From positions 1-58,353 of IMG/VR virus record IMGVR_UViG_3300047300_000852: DNA of 58,353 nucleotides; one strand, 5' to 3'. The position numbers were made by a program, and so were the translations under genes. Positions 38,798 through 48,375 of this stretch are shown piece by piece. Source of the DNA: a virus (Duplodnaviria > Caudoviricetes). A model generated the notes under the pieces. It ran no database searches, was not told the DNA's origin, and was given only the letters and a program-made list of their open reading frames with translations. Numbering within the stretch: position 1 is the stretch's first letter; every line of letters begins with the position of its first letter.

Positions 38798-39771
38798 TAC
38801 TCAGCATCCCATTGTAGCGGGAGTTCAGCCACCTTCGGGGCTTCGATCACCTCACCGATGCGAGCAAGGTTTCGTACTGCCTGCCTGAAGTAGCTCGGCT
38901 TCAACTCAACACCGATACCGCGACGCCCCAAGCTCACCGCGCCGAACACTTCCGAACCCACACCGAGGAACGGAGTCAGGACGATCTCGCCTGGATTGCT
39001 CCACATCTCAACTGCCCGTTCGATCACATCAAGCTGCAACGGGTGAACGTGTGCCTCATCTTCCAGATCGCGAGACTCGGCGAAGTCCAACACTCTATCG
39101 ATTCGAATATCCATCCACACCGAGGAAGCGTACTGACGCCAAATCCACTGGGAGTAACTGTTTTTCTTCTGGTCCCCAACCATGCCGCGAAGATGCATGA
39201 ACTCAGTAGGCATTTTGTTTTCGCCTGCGTACTCGAGTATTCCGTTCTCCTTCGCCACCGGCACCGCGTTATCCCCCTTCCGGCGAAACATCAACAGATA
39301 GTCAGCGTTCGCTATGCTGCATCGCGTTGTGTCCTCGCAGAACGTTTTGTGGTGGAGTGACTTCATCATAGTGCGGTTTCGAACCATCAAAGGCTCCTTC
39401 CAAATGACTCGCCGCCCACCATAGACGAACCCGCGTTTTTCATGCTCAATGATGATCCGTCCGGGCAGGTCGTACATCGCGTCGCACCCGCTATTGCTTA
39501 ACGGAATATCCATGCAATGCACCGCCGAGATTCTGCCCGGCTTGGTCAGGCGTTCGATCTCATCAATGCAAAATCCGTAGTGCTCAAAGAACTCATCCTT
39601 GTCGATCGCGTTTGACATATCCCGCGCGTCGCTTGAGTACTGGTACAGCCCTGCGAATGGAGGGGAATAGACCGTCAAATCAACTGAGGCGTCCGGTAAT
39701 GTTTTCATCACCTCAACGCAATCCCCGTTGTAAATCGCAAACTGATCCGTAATTACTTGATCGTTAACCAT
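38797..39771 (-). CDS. N4/N6 DNA methyltransferase
   Basis: GDC, YSPPF, HVHPLQ, PFLGVGSE. Confidence 0.9.
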   Translation of the reverse strand: MVNDQVITDQFAIYNGDCVEVMKTLPDASVDLTVYSPPFAGLYQYSSDARDMSNAIDKDEFFEHYGFCIDEIERLTKPGRISAVHCMDIPLSNSGCDAMYDLPGRIIIEHEKRGFVYGGRRVIWKEPLMVRNRTMMKSLHHKTFCEDTTRCSIANADYLLMFRRKGDNAVPVAKENGILEYAGENKMPTEFMHLRGMVGDQKKNSYSQWIWRQYASSVWMDIRIDRVLDFAESRDLEDEAHVHPLQLDVIERAVEMWSNPGEIVLTPFLGVGSEVFGAVSLGRRGIGVELKPSYFRQAVRNLARIGEVIEAPKVAELPLQWDAE

Positions 39772-41198
39772 GAGGGTACTTCTGCTTTCTTCGTGTAAAT
39801 GTTTTCCCGTTCGACTCGCACCGCGCGAGCCATTTCTTTCACCAACTTTTCGAACATCTTCTCAGCCTGGTCAGCCTTGCGCTTGACGTTGCCGATCACC
39901 GACTCCTCACCTTCCGTCGCTACCAAATCAAACGTAACCGGCCTCGTTTGACCGAACCGATAGCACCGGCGGACGCTTTGGTACATCTGCTCGTAGCTAT
40001 GACTAGCAAACGAAACAACGTGATTGCAATGCTGCCAATTCAAGCCCCATGCACCTATCTTGGGCTTAAGGACAAGTACACGCAGCGAACCGTTTGCAAA
40101 GTCCTCATAGGTTTGGATCTTTTGTTCTTCCGGAGTACGTCCAGCCACCTGACGCGCACCGGGAATGATCTTTTCGAGTAGGTCGGCTTCCGGGTTAGCG
40201 TGACACCACACCACCGCAGGCCGATCATGGTTGACCAAATCGGCAACGTATCCGCATCGCTTTTCGATGTTGCGGGAACGCTCTAGCCTTTCCGCTTGCA
40301 TGCCCTTTGCCGGCACGTTTAACAGGTATCCAGGCGGAGGGCTATCTGGCGTGATTACGTGGTCATTCTGGATCAACTCAGGAAGGATGAACTTCCCATC
40401 ATCGAACCCTAGATCACTTGGCATCCGGCACGCACGCGCCCAACTCGCCACCCATCGCCAAAAGTCATCGACCGCGTGATTCTTCAGTCTCCATTGTCCG
40501 ATTGTCTGAGTCACTCGGAACGCGAGCTTGCCGAAGTATTTCGGGTCTTGCTCGATCAATCGTTCCGCCTCTTGCTGCTGTTTGTGTGCTTTCTTCTGCC
40601 CCTTGTCATCAAGTTGACGGAAGAACCTTCGCAGCATGTCCGAGTGCGATAGTTCGCCCAATGCCTCTGAGGAAGTACCCAGCTCAACGTAATCGTTTGG
40701 GGCCGCTGTCGCTGTGCACAACAGCCGGAACGGAGTCTTGAGCGTGAACCGCGTGATTGCTTGCCTAGTCTCCCCGGAAACGTTTTTGAGAATCGAGGAC
40801 TCATCACACACGAACCCAGCGAAGTCAAGCGGATTGAAGTGGTGCAAGCGGTCGTAGTTTGTCACTATGATCTTTGCATTCAGTTCACCCGCTACGCTTC
40901 GGGCAGCTTCGATGCCGAACTTCTCAGCCTCTCGAACCGTCTGCTGTGCGACTGCTAACGGGGTCAGGATCAACACCCGACCATTAGTTCGCTCTACCAC
41001 ATTCTGCGCCCACACCAACTGCATCAGAGTCTTACCTAGTCCACAGTCGGCGAAGATCGCAGCACGCCCGCGACGCAAAGCCCACCGAACTAGATGCCGC
41101 TGAAAGTCGAACATGCACGAGGGCAAGTCCTCAACATCGAATCCGCAATCTGCCGTGAACTGCGACTTCGAGTCAATGAACGAATCGTATTTCATCAT
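39753..41198 (-). CDS. SNF2-like helicase/ATPase
   Basis: DCGLGKT, DESS, TAT, GLNWQ, Q..RR..RFGQ. Confidence 0.9.
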   Translation of the reverse strand: MMKYDSFIDSKSQFTADCGFDVEDLPSCMFDFQRHLVRWALRRGRAAIFADCGLGKTLMQLVWAQNVVERTNGRVLILTPLAVAQQTVREAEKFGIEAARSVAGELNAKIIVTNYDRLHHFNPLDFAGFVCDESSILKNVSGETRQAITRFTLKTPFRLLCTATAAPNDYVELGTSSEALGELSHSDMLRRFFRQLDDKGQKKAHKQQQEAERLIEQDPKYFGKLAFRVTQTIGQWRLKNHAVDDFWRWVASWARACRMPSDLGFDDGKFILPELIQNDHVITPDSPPPGYLLNVPAKGMQAERLERSRNIEKRCGYVADLVNHDRPAVVWCHANPEADLLEKIIPGARQVAGRTPEEQKIQTYEDFANGSLRVLVLKPKIGAWGLNWQHCNHVVSFASHSYEQMYQSVRRCYRFGQTRPVTFDLVATEGEESVIGNVKRKADQAEKMFEKLVKEMARAVRVERENIYTKKAEVPSWLTIK

Positions 41199-41617
41199 TT
41201 CCCTAACTCACACATAACGCACTTACGATCGGTGCAACACGCGCCGCACCGCACACAACGCCAACCCCGGAAGGCTAGCTCACCATACTCGTTCCGCCTG
41301 ATCACCTTGTGCATTGAGGCACGCAGTGATGCAATTTCTTTCACCGGGTGCGGCTCAGCAGCCGTGACCAGTTCTCTGCCTTTACGCTTCTGCTTGCGGC
41401 ACCTGTTGCAAGTCCGTCGCGTCCGACTGTAGAACGTGTTTCCGCAGGCACACATTCGTTCTGCGTCAGTCCCTGCGTACCGCTGCTTCCACTTCTCCTG
41501 CTGGTAGGCCGCACAAGCTTCGATCATGCCCGGTACCGAACACGGTTGACACATCCGCGATGATGCCTGCTTAGGTGCACCGCACTTGCAAAAATCTCGC
41601 TTGTTCTTGTTGCCCAC
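41195..41617 (-). CDS. Cys-rich zinc-binding protein
   Basis: Multiple CxxC/CxC; GGAGG RBS before GTG. Confidence 0.6.
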   Translation of the reverse strand: MGNKNKRDFCKCGAPKQASSRMCQPCSVPGMIEACAAYQQEKWKQRYAGTDAERMCACGNTFYSRTRRTCNRCRKQKRKGRELVTAAEPHPVKEIASLRASMHKVIRRNEYGELAFRGWRCVRCGACCTDRKCVMCELGK

Positions 41618-41699
41618 TGAATCACCTCCTACCAACACAACGCCACCGACTCATCAAAGTACACTAGTCAGCAGCTCAAAAAGTGGAAACGTTTCCAGG

Positions 41700-41951
41700 T
41701 CAATTACCTAGTTCAAATGGCAACCAGTAATGAAAACTCAACATTTTCCCGTCCCTATCGCTGCGTTCGAACCATCGGCAACTCATGTCAACGCTGACCC
41801 GTTGCCTGACAATCCCGATAGTAAAATCCCTCCATCCAGGGCCACGATACAGGCATGGAGTCCACGCGAGATAGAACACCCAGTGACCTACCGTATCACG
41901 CGGATGACTCACCCGCTTCCAGTTCCTCAAGTATCTGCAAATCAACATGAT
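41700..41951 (-). CDS. Hypothetical protein
   Basis: GGAGG RBS; TGATG-type proximity to the upstream stop. Confidence 0.5.
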   Translation of the reverse strand: MMLICRYLRNWKRVSHPRDTVGHWVFYLAWTPCLYRGPGWRDFTIGIVRQRVSVDMSCRWFERSDRDGKMLSFHYWLPFELGN

Positions 41952-42175
41952 CAATCCTCCGGTTCGTAAGCCCACCCACAAGCACAAATGAATGCGTTGT
42001 TATTCACTTCAGGGTCAATCGTGAAGTACGTAGAATCGATTGGATTATTACGATTGATCGCTATAGCTACCATCGCATTACCGCTGATCTCGTAGTCACC
42101 GACGATGCGGAAATGCGTTTTCCGTTTACGCTCTGCACGATTCGAAACACCAAGCAAACGCAACAACCACATCAT
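41951..42175 (-). CDS. Hypothetical protein
   Basis: GAGG RBS. Confidence 0.6.
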   Translation of the reverse strand: MMWLLRLLGVSNRAERKRKTHFRIVGDYEISGNAMVAIAINRNNPIDSTYFTIDPEVNNNAFICACGWAYEPED

Positions 42176-42207
42176 CTAGCCTCACCAAAAAAAAGTAACG
42201 TTGCGAA

Positions 42208-42246
42208 AATAAAACTCGACTGGGCCACCGAAGCAACCCAGCCGAG
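42208..42246 (-). terminator. Intrinsic terminator
   Basis: CTCGGCTGGG-TTGCTTCGGTGG-CCCAGTCGAG followed by TTTTATT. Confidence 0.8.
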
Positions 42247-42372
42247 TACAGGTCGGCAAGTGTTCATCTCACTTGGTCCTGCTGCGACGATTGGGGCCAT
42301 GAAACCCCGGCTCAATCGCGTACCAGTCTTTCGCGGGTCAAGTCTCGGAAACCCCGCGCAGGGACCACCTGC
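42247..42372 (-). ncRNA. Multi-stem structured RNA candidate
   Basis: Nested stems GCAGGT/ACCTGT, GGTCC.TGC/GCAGGACC, GCGGG/CCCGC, CGATTG/CAATCG, AAGTG/CACTT. Confidence 0.5.
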
Positions 42373-43791
42373 TCAGCACGCCTTGATTCTTGCAAACCGC
42401 CAACCGCAACGATTTCCATGATCGTCCTCAGCACAAAAACGAAAATCACCAGGAGGCAAAATAACAACAAAAATAAGATCGTTCCATTCAGCTTTTTCGC
42501 TATCCCTGACCTCTACCCTCTTGCCAATATCATCGTTGGTCGGCTCGCGGTACTGCGGCTCCTTCACCGGTTCGACCTTGCGACCATCGAACGGTTCACG
42601 CTCGTCAACCCATACGCCTTCAACATCGTCAAAGTATCCAGGCTTAGCAGTCGAACTATTCGGAGTTTCCGAAGGGTTCGCAGGTTCGATCTTGCGAATG
42701 ATCCTCCGCGAGTAGTACCTAGATTCGACATTGCAATCGCTTAGTAGATCAATCCACTGCCCGTCAATGTCAACATCGTCGCCAGTCTTTGGCACCTCAT
42801 CCGGCTCCAACTCCCTCCATCCTTCCGGTATCGCAAGCGGTTCACTGCTTGAACTATTCGGAGTTACCGAAGGGTTGGCGGTTTTCGTGGCGTCGGCATT
42901 ATGGTCGGTGGGATCTTCTGCGGGTTCAATAAGTTCGAGTTGTTCGGCCCTTAGGTTGAACGAAGTAAGGTTTTCTCGATCAAGCCGAACCGCGTATTCC
43001 CCAGCGTCGCCTTTAACGCATTCGACAATAACACCAACCTTACCATCAGCTATCCTGCCCAGTTTGTTCACCACTACCTTATCTCCAACGCTCGGCGTCC
43101 ACGGCTTAAGAGCGCCAAGTGTGTACATTATGTTCGTGCCATGAAATCCGTATAAGACTGTACCATTGACGATCTTGACGCATTTTACTTTTGCAACTTT
43201 ACCTTCCGGAAGTCGCACCCATCCATCAATCTTTGGCTCCCATTCTGAATACTTTTCCGGCTCAACGCGTGAATCCTCGAAGCAACCTTCCTTAGCGTTC
43301 CATTCGCTGCGCAGCACTAGCCCGTCTCTATCCGGTGCACCGATCGCGGCTCCTGCATCAATCCCAGCTTGATAGCCGTCGATCATTTCTTTCAGTTCCG
43401 ACTCGTACTCAGGCCACTTACCAACAGCGAACGAATCATCGAGCACAGCCGAACTCATTCGCACCAATCGACCGTCAGCCACTTTCGCCAATTCCGTAGC
43501 GTAGATCCCTACTTCATGCAACTCCAGCTTACCGTTGACGTAGATAGCTTCATCGCCTTCGCCATCCGTATACACGCTCAAGTACGTCGTCACACCGGCA
43601 CCGAAATCACTGGAAACGTTTCCACCTGATAACGGCTTTAACACGCTCGATTCATCGATCACCCCAGCGCCGTAAACACTTGCAACGCTGTAAACACTGC
43701 CCGATACCGGCTTGACCGCTACCGGCTTCACTTCCACCGTGAACCCATCGCCGATGATCTCAGCGATGAGCTTTTGTATCTTATCTTTCAT
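42373..43791 (-). CDS. Mosaic multi-module protein (KOW/SH3-like units)
   Basis: VGDKVVV..G.I motif; internal repeat ANPS.TPNSS; shares a module with 31363..31752. Confidence 0.7.
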   Translation of the reverse strand: MKDKIQKLIAEIIGDGFTVEVKPVAVKPVSGSVYSVASVYGAGVIDESSVLKPLSGGNVSSDFGAGVTTYLSVYTDGEGDEAIYVNGKLELHEVGIYATELAKVADGRLVRMSSAVLDDSFAVGKWPEYESELKEMIDGYQAGIDAGAAIGAPDRDGLVLRSEWNAKEGCFEDSRVEPEKYSEWEPKIDGWVRLPEGKVAKVKCVKIVNGTVLYGFHGTNIMYTLGALKPWTPSVGDKVVVNKLGRIADGKVGVIVECVKGDAGEYAVRLDRENLTSFNLRAEQLELIEPAEDPTDHNADATKTANPSVTPNSSSSEPLAIPEGWRELEPDEVPKTGDDVDIDGQWIDLLSDCNVESRYYSRRIIRKIEPANPSETPNSSTAKPGYFDDVEGVWVDEREPFDGRKVEPVKEPQYREPTNDDIGKRVEVRDSEKAEWNDLIFVVILPPGDFRFCAEDDHGNRCGWRFARIKAC

Positions 43792-43818
43792 GACTCATCC
43801 TAAAAAAAAGGAACGTTA

Positions 43819-44277
43819 CTATTTTCCAAACACTTCCCGAAGTTGCTCCAACGCTCGACTAACCACGTTCGCCGCACCTTGCTTCGTCAATCCGATCGAC
43901 TCGCCGACTTCCTCCAAAGTCATCCCCTCAAAGTATCGCAATCGGATCACCTCACGCTGTCTTGCGTCCAGGCACGCTAACGCGTCGTGCAACTGGTCAA
44001 CTTCCTCACAGTGGATCAACGCCGCCAGCGGGTTCGAGTAAACCACGTTCGGAGTTTTTTCGAAGTATTTCTGGTCGCGTTTCTTGGATCGGAACGCAGC
44101 ACGCGCCGCACTCTTCGCAGTCCAGACAGCCTTCTTCCTTGGTGCCTTGGCGTAGCTTTGCAGGATAGCAATTGCCGCATCTTGGAGTACGTCGTCGATA
44201 TCCACCCGATCACGTACGGGGAGTAAAACGTTTCCGATGATTCCTTCGATGCCCTTGAGAGATTCCAAAGCGTTCAT
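43819..44277 (-). CDS. ECF-type RNA polymerase sigma factor
   Basis: DDVLQD region 2; L..RQREVIRLRYFEGMTLEEVG..IGLT...SRAL..LR region 4. Confidence 0.85.
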   Translation of the reverse strand: MNALESLKGIEGIIGNVLLPVRDRVDIDDVLQDAAIAILQSYAKAPRKKAVWTAKSAARAAFRSKKRDQKYFEKTPNVVYSNPLAALIHCEEVDQLHDALACLDARQREVIRLRYFEGMTLEEVGESIGLTKQGAANVVSRALEQLREVFGK

Positions 44278-44347
44278 GATTTCAAGCCTTTCCAGAGGCT
44301 AAGAGACAACACAAAACAACCGGGCCGCAGCCCGTCACAGTTCACCC

Positions 44348-44386
44348 ATTATACTTCAAGGCGTGTTTTCGTTCCACCCTAGGCGC
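44348..44386 (-). promoter_or_regulatory. Early-class promoter upstream of the sigma gene
   Basis: GCGCCTAG-N16-GCCTTGAAGTATAAT. Confidence 0.7.
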
Positions 44387-44389
44387 GAC

Positions 44390-44773
44390 TTAGGAAGATT
44401 TTCGGAAAAAAGTCAGACGCACCCCCGGATTTCCCTTCCGAATCGTGGTTTTTACCGTCCCCGTAGACAGCACCTGCCAGTGGTCCCCGGCAATGATTCC
44501 GGCGTCAACGCAACCGTCAATCAGCGGCTTGCACTGGTAGATCAGATTCCCCTCGTCACGCCGCCCACGGTCAGGCACGAAAAACTCATACTGGACGATT
44601 GCCCGTTCAAAGTTCGGTCGGCGGCTCTCGGTCGCTTCTAAGGCTATCATCTTGGCCTGGAATCGCAGATCCGCTATCGGCTTAGCCTTGTTCCTCCAGC
44701 TTCCCCGGTTCTGGGCACTCAGGGCACCTGGAAACGGTAGATCGATCACCACGGAATGCACTTGGTCCATCAC
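44390..44773 (-). CDS. RusA-like Holliday junction resolvase
   Basis: RRD..N....K..IDG.VDAGII..D. Confidence 0.8.
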   Translation of the reverse strand: MMDQVHSVVIDLPFPGALSAQNRGSWRNKAKPIADLRFQAKMIALEATESRRPNFERAIVQYEFFVPDRGRRDEGNLIYQCKPLIDGCVDAGIIAGDHWQVLSTGTVKTTIRKGNPGVRLTFFRKSS

Positions 44774-45231
44774 TTGCCCCTTCGATAAAACGGATCAACT
44801 TCCACCGCCTCAATCACTCTGACCGAATGCCGGTTGATGAACTCCAAGTCAAACCACAACGGATCCCGCAGCCACTTGAGCGCGACCAACATTCCATCGG
44901 TTAACCGTGGACGAATGAACCCTGCTATGCGTTCGCCATGACTCGCCTTGTGGCATATCGTGCAAAGCATCACTACCAACCGACGATCCTCCCTGCGCGG
45001 CTTGTTTGCAATATGGGCACGCTCAATCAGCCACGGCCCGAAGTAGTCAAACGGTTTCGAGTTCGCCCCACAGGCCCAGCAATCGAAGAACAGCGAACGC
45101 ATGGTCGCATACTCCATCGCCGGGTTATAGTCCCCTGCGAGCCACGGCACCAAGCCTTCGCAGTATCGATTCCCATCGCGTACCAATCCATTCCGCAGCG
45201 AGTCTTTCGGTGAGTGCTTCTTGCCCTTCAT
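44770..45231 (-). CDS. HNH-like nuclease
   Basis: CWACG..AH...LCTICH..H. Confidence 0.65.
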   Translation of the reverse strand: MKGKKHSPKDSLRNGLVRDGNRYCEGLVPWLAGDYNPAMEYATMRSLFFDCWACGANSKPFDYFGPWLIERAHIANKPRREDRRLVVMLCTICHKASHGERIAGFIRPRLTDGMLVALKWLRDPLWFDLEFINRHSVRVIEAVEVDPFYRRGK

Positions 45232-45764
45232 GCTCCACGATCTCCATTCCCGCTATTACCAGTTCTATGTTCGCCCCTGCTTCCAGCTTTCGCAGTAGCG
45301 ACTCTGTTGAATCTCTGACTGATGTCGATTCGTGCAATCCTACCTGCTTCGTCATTCGGCGTCCTCCCGTCGTAAAAATCAGTTGCGGCAACCTTGCCTT
45401 GATATGTTTCCAACGCCCTATGAGGGCAGTTCAATTCGGCCAACTCTTCATCGAGTATCTCCGCCTCTGGTCCGTCTACCTTGAGGCGGTGAATCACAAC
45501 TACATCGATCCCCTCACCGTAGACTTTCATATACCCATCAGCAAAGCGTTCGACCACTACTTTCTTCGTCTGCTTCAAGTCGGCCTCGACGATGCGGTAA
45601 ACGTAGTCATAAAACGCCCTGCCAGCTTCGGTGCCCATCAGTTTCTTCCAATGCTTGCGAATCAGCCAAGATACCCAGCGCAAACCCCCATCTGTATTGA
45701 GCGCCCACCATCCCATCTGCCGATACGAAGCAAACGTTTTCCAGTCCTTATCTTCGGTGCTCAT
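45228..45764 (-). CDS. Hypothetical protein
   Basis: ATGA coupling on both sides. Confidence 0.65.
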   Translation of the reverse strand: MSTEDKDWKTFASYRQMGWWALNTDGGLRWVSWLIRKHWKKLMGTEAGRAFYDYVYRIVEADLKQTKKVVVERFADGYMKVYGEGIDVVVIHRLKVDGPEAEILDEELAELNCPHRALETYQGKVAATDFYDGRTPNDEAGRIARIDISQRFNRVATAKAGSRGEHRTGNSGNGDRGA

Positions 45765-47365
45765 GTCTTAATCCTCCCGGTCCATGGGTACACATCAGAA
45801 ACGAGCTTGTGCCATTCCATCGAGTGACGTTCCGGAGGCTTGAATCGCAGTTGCTTCTCGTCCGGATACAACCCCTCAGCCCTGCATCTTGCCGCCCACA
45901 TCGCAACCGCACTGCTAACCGGCTTGCCGCTTCGAGCACAAGCGTAAAGCACCGAAATCCAAATCTGCGGTACCGTCTTGCTCTTGCCCTTCTTCTTGAT
46001 CTTCGTGACCAACCCCCGCATCAACTTCAGGTCACCCGATACCATCATCACCTTACGCGCTGACTGCTGGTGCGAATGACCACAACCAGGGCACCGAGGC
46101 CCGTACTGCCTCCACACCGAGCACTTCGGGCAACATATGCCCTCAACGTCCTGCGGTTGCTCGGCTCGTGCAATCTTTCGTGCTCGCCCCTCTGCAATGC
46201 TCTTGTTCGTGCAACCTAGTTCCCATTCCCTATCCGCGTTCGGGCTTCCGTGTCGGTGAAAACTTCCGCCGTGATCTTGTAGCACCTTGAACTGATAGTC
46301 AGGGCAGAATCGCTGGATACGCCCTACCGATTGCAAAAACGTTGCGATACCACCAAACACCGTAGCCGCGATGCCATGATACAGCCACGGCATATCAATC
46401 GCTTCACGCAATACGAATCGATTCATCACAACCTTAATCTCACCAGTTCGGCTCATGTCCATGATCGCCGCTCGAGTCTCTTCGTTCGTCTCGTACGTCT
46501 CGAGCTTCACGGATCCAGCCGTACCGCGTGAAGGTAGCAAGCACGTTTCACCGTCGATATGCGCGACCGGGACGCCCATCTTCGCCCACTCCTCAGCAAA
46601 CCAACGTGAGGCCGGGACGGATGGAGCAAACAGAATAGCCGGCAAGCTATCTGGATTCAGCTTTCGCCAGTTAAGGTACGCATCGCCGAATATCTTGTAC
46701 GCTCTTGGCTCCAACGCCTTCGAACTGTACTCGTTATCTGAGTCTCGATTCAGCCCAGTACAATCAATCTCGCTCGGAGAGTACACACGAACCGGCAAGT
46801 GGGCTTTTACCTTCCGCATCTCTGAGTACGTTCCGAAGTCGATCAACTCTTTGTAGATCGATCCACAGTTTACCGGGGTCGCCGACATTCCGAGCACGAA
46901 TGCACCTCGCTCGATATGCCCAGCCATCCTCAGCCCGTTATCGTTCGTCGATCCATTTACGATCGAAATCGCCTTGTTCTTCGTCTGCAAGTGGGCTTCG
47001 TCGAACATCACCAGCGAAGGCTCCTGCAAGTCCCATTTACTTTTGAGCACTGCCCGGGAATAGACCGAATCCGTCATGCAAATCTGAATCGGCTTGCTCT
47101 CGTCGTACTCGCATCCTGCTGCCATCACTCCGTGATCCAATCCCGCCGCCGTAAAGGTCTTCGATAGCTGCTCACGCAACATCGTTCGGTGCAGGTAGAT
47201 TCTCACCGTACCGCCTGCCTGCACTTCCTCAGCGGCCAATTGCTGCATCACGCGGGACTTCCCGGCCCCGCATGGCGCAGCCGCTACAACGGCCTGCACC
47301 CCTCGCAACCTTGCGTTTCGGATCGCTTCTTTCGCTCGATCTTGGTGAGGCCAGTTTCCACTCAT
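45761..47365 (-). CDS. SF2 DEAH-box helicase with C-terminal zinc ribbon
   Basis: GAGKS, DEAH, SATP, Q.VGR..R, CPKC..CPGC. Confidence 0.9.
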   Translation of the reverse strand: MSGNWPHQDRAKEAIRNARLRGVQAVVAAAPCGAGKSRVMQQLAAEEVQAGGTVRIYLHRTMLREQLSKTFTAAGLDHGVMAAGCEYDESKPIQICMTDSVYSRAVLKSKWDLQEPSLVMFDEAHLQTKNKAISIVNGSTNDNGLRMAGHIERGAFVLGMSATPVNCGSIYKELIDFGTYSEMRKVKAHLPVRVYSPSEIDCTGLNRDSDNEYSSKALEPRAYKIFGDAYLNWRKLNPDSLPAILFAPSVPASRWFAEEWAKMGVPVAHIDGETCLLPSRGTAGSVKLETYETNEETRAAIMDMSRTGEIKVVMNRFVLREAIDMPWLYHGIAATVFGGIATFLQSVGRIQRFCPDYQFKVLQDHGGSFHRHGSPNADREWELGCTNKSIAEGRARKIARAEQPQDVEGICCPKCSVWRQYGPRCPGCGHSHQQSARKVMMVSGDLKLMRGLVTKIKKKGKSKTVPQIWISVLYACARSGKPVSSAVAMWAARCRAEGLYPDEKQLRFKPPERHSMEWHKLVSDVYPWTGRIKT

Positions 47366-48210
47366 GTTAGTCCCTGCAACTTTCTCGTTATGGCTTCGAT
47401 CTCAGTACGCAACACATGGGAGCATTTCGCCGCATCGCAAGCCCGGATAAACTGCCCCCAAACCTGATGCACTTTCGGCATCTTGTTCGGGTCCGGGTCT
47501 GGAAACGTTTCCACCTGCACCGGCTCGGAAGTACGGGTATTCGCAGGGTTCTTGATCTGCGGAGGCTCGATCACATCATCGACCGGACACAAGCAAACCC
47601 TGCAAACATTACCCCCATCGCTTAGCCGTTGTTCGGTAGCTCCACACTCCACACAACGCCACCCAGGGGGAGAAGTAAACTCAGTTTCTTCCTCGCTCTG
47701 AATATTCGAAACGTTGCTTTTTTCTGCGCGTTGCACTGGTTCGACTTGCTCCTCAGCGATCGCATGGTCCTTCGGTTCGTCAGCCCTGCGCATCGATTGA
47801 ACGTACGCATGACTAACGCCGCAAATCTCTGCTATCTCCCTCGAACTCAGGTCAGGGAAGTTAGTAATCGCAATCGTCGCGGCTCGCTTTTTGTCCGCGT
47901 TCGAACGGCGCAAACCATGCTGAGCATTCGCACCGCAAGCCGCCTTGAGTGCATCATGGAATGAGCCAGCGTGCACCTCACACGGGATGCGAGACTTCCC
48001 GACGCTCGTTGCCGCCATCACGCGACAGAACCCATCCACTACCAGGAACTCATCATCGACTTGATAAACCTGCACAGGTGGAAACTTCGCTTGGTTTTTC
48101 CACCCTTCGCGGTACTCATCGATGATCGCTTGCGGTACCTCGGTTCGGCATTGCAGCCGAGAGTCCAGCACTAGTAGTTCCGTCGCTAAATTTCTTTTCT
48201 TTGCCGCCAC
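47362..48210 (-). CDS. ParB-family protein (ParB-N/CTPase-like domain plus HTH)
   Basis: FPPV.V..VVDGFCRVMAA (GxxRxxA), N..HGL, SSREIAEICGVSHAYV HTH. Confidence 0.85.
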   Translation of the reverse strand: MAAKKRNLATELLVLDSRLQCRTEVPQAIIDEYREGWKNQAKFPPVQVYQVDDEFLVVDGFCRVMAATSVGKSRIPCEVHAGSFHDALKAACGANAQHGLRRSNADKKRAATIAITNFPDLSSREIAEICGVSHAYVQSMRRADEPKDHAIAEEQVEPVQRAEKSNVSNIQSEEETEFTSPPGWRCVECGATEQRLSDGGNVCRVCLCPVDDVIEPPQIKNPANTRTSEPVQVETFPDPDPNKMPKVHQVWGQFIRACDAAKCSHVLRTEIEAITRKLQGLT

Positions 48211-48375
48211 TCTTTCGCCTCTTTAATTCAAGTTGTGATTCCAGCGCAATGTCTACGGCCTGCCTCGCAATGTCTTGCGAAGTCCACTCACCGTTCGGAT
48301 CGATCGAAATCAATCCGGTTATCGCCGCTGAAGTGAAACGTACCAACACCTCAAAATCCGACATTACCCGTTCGC

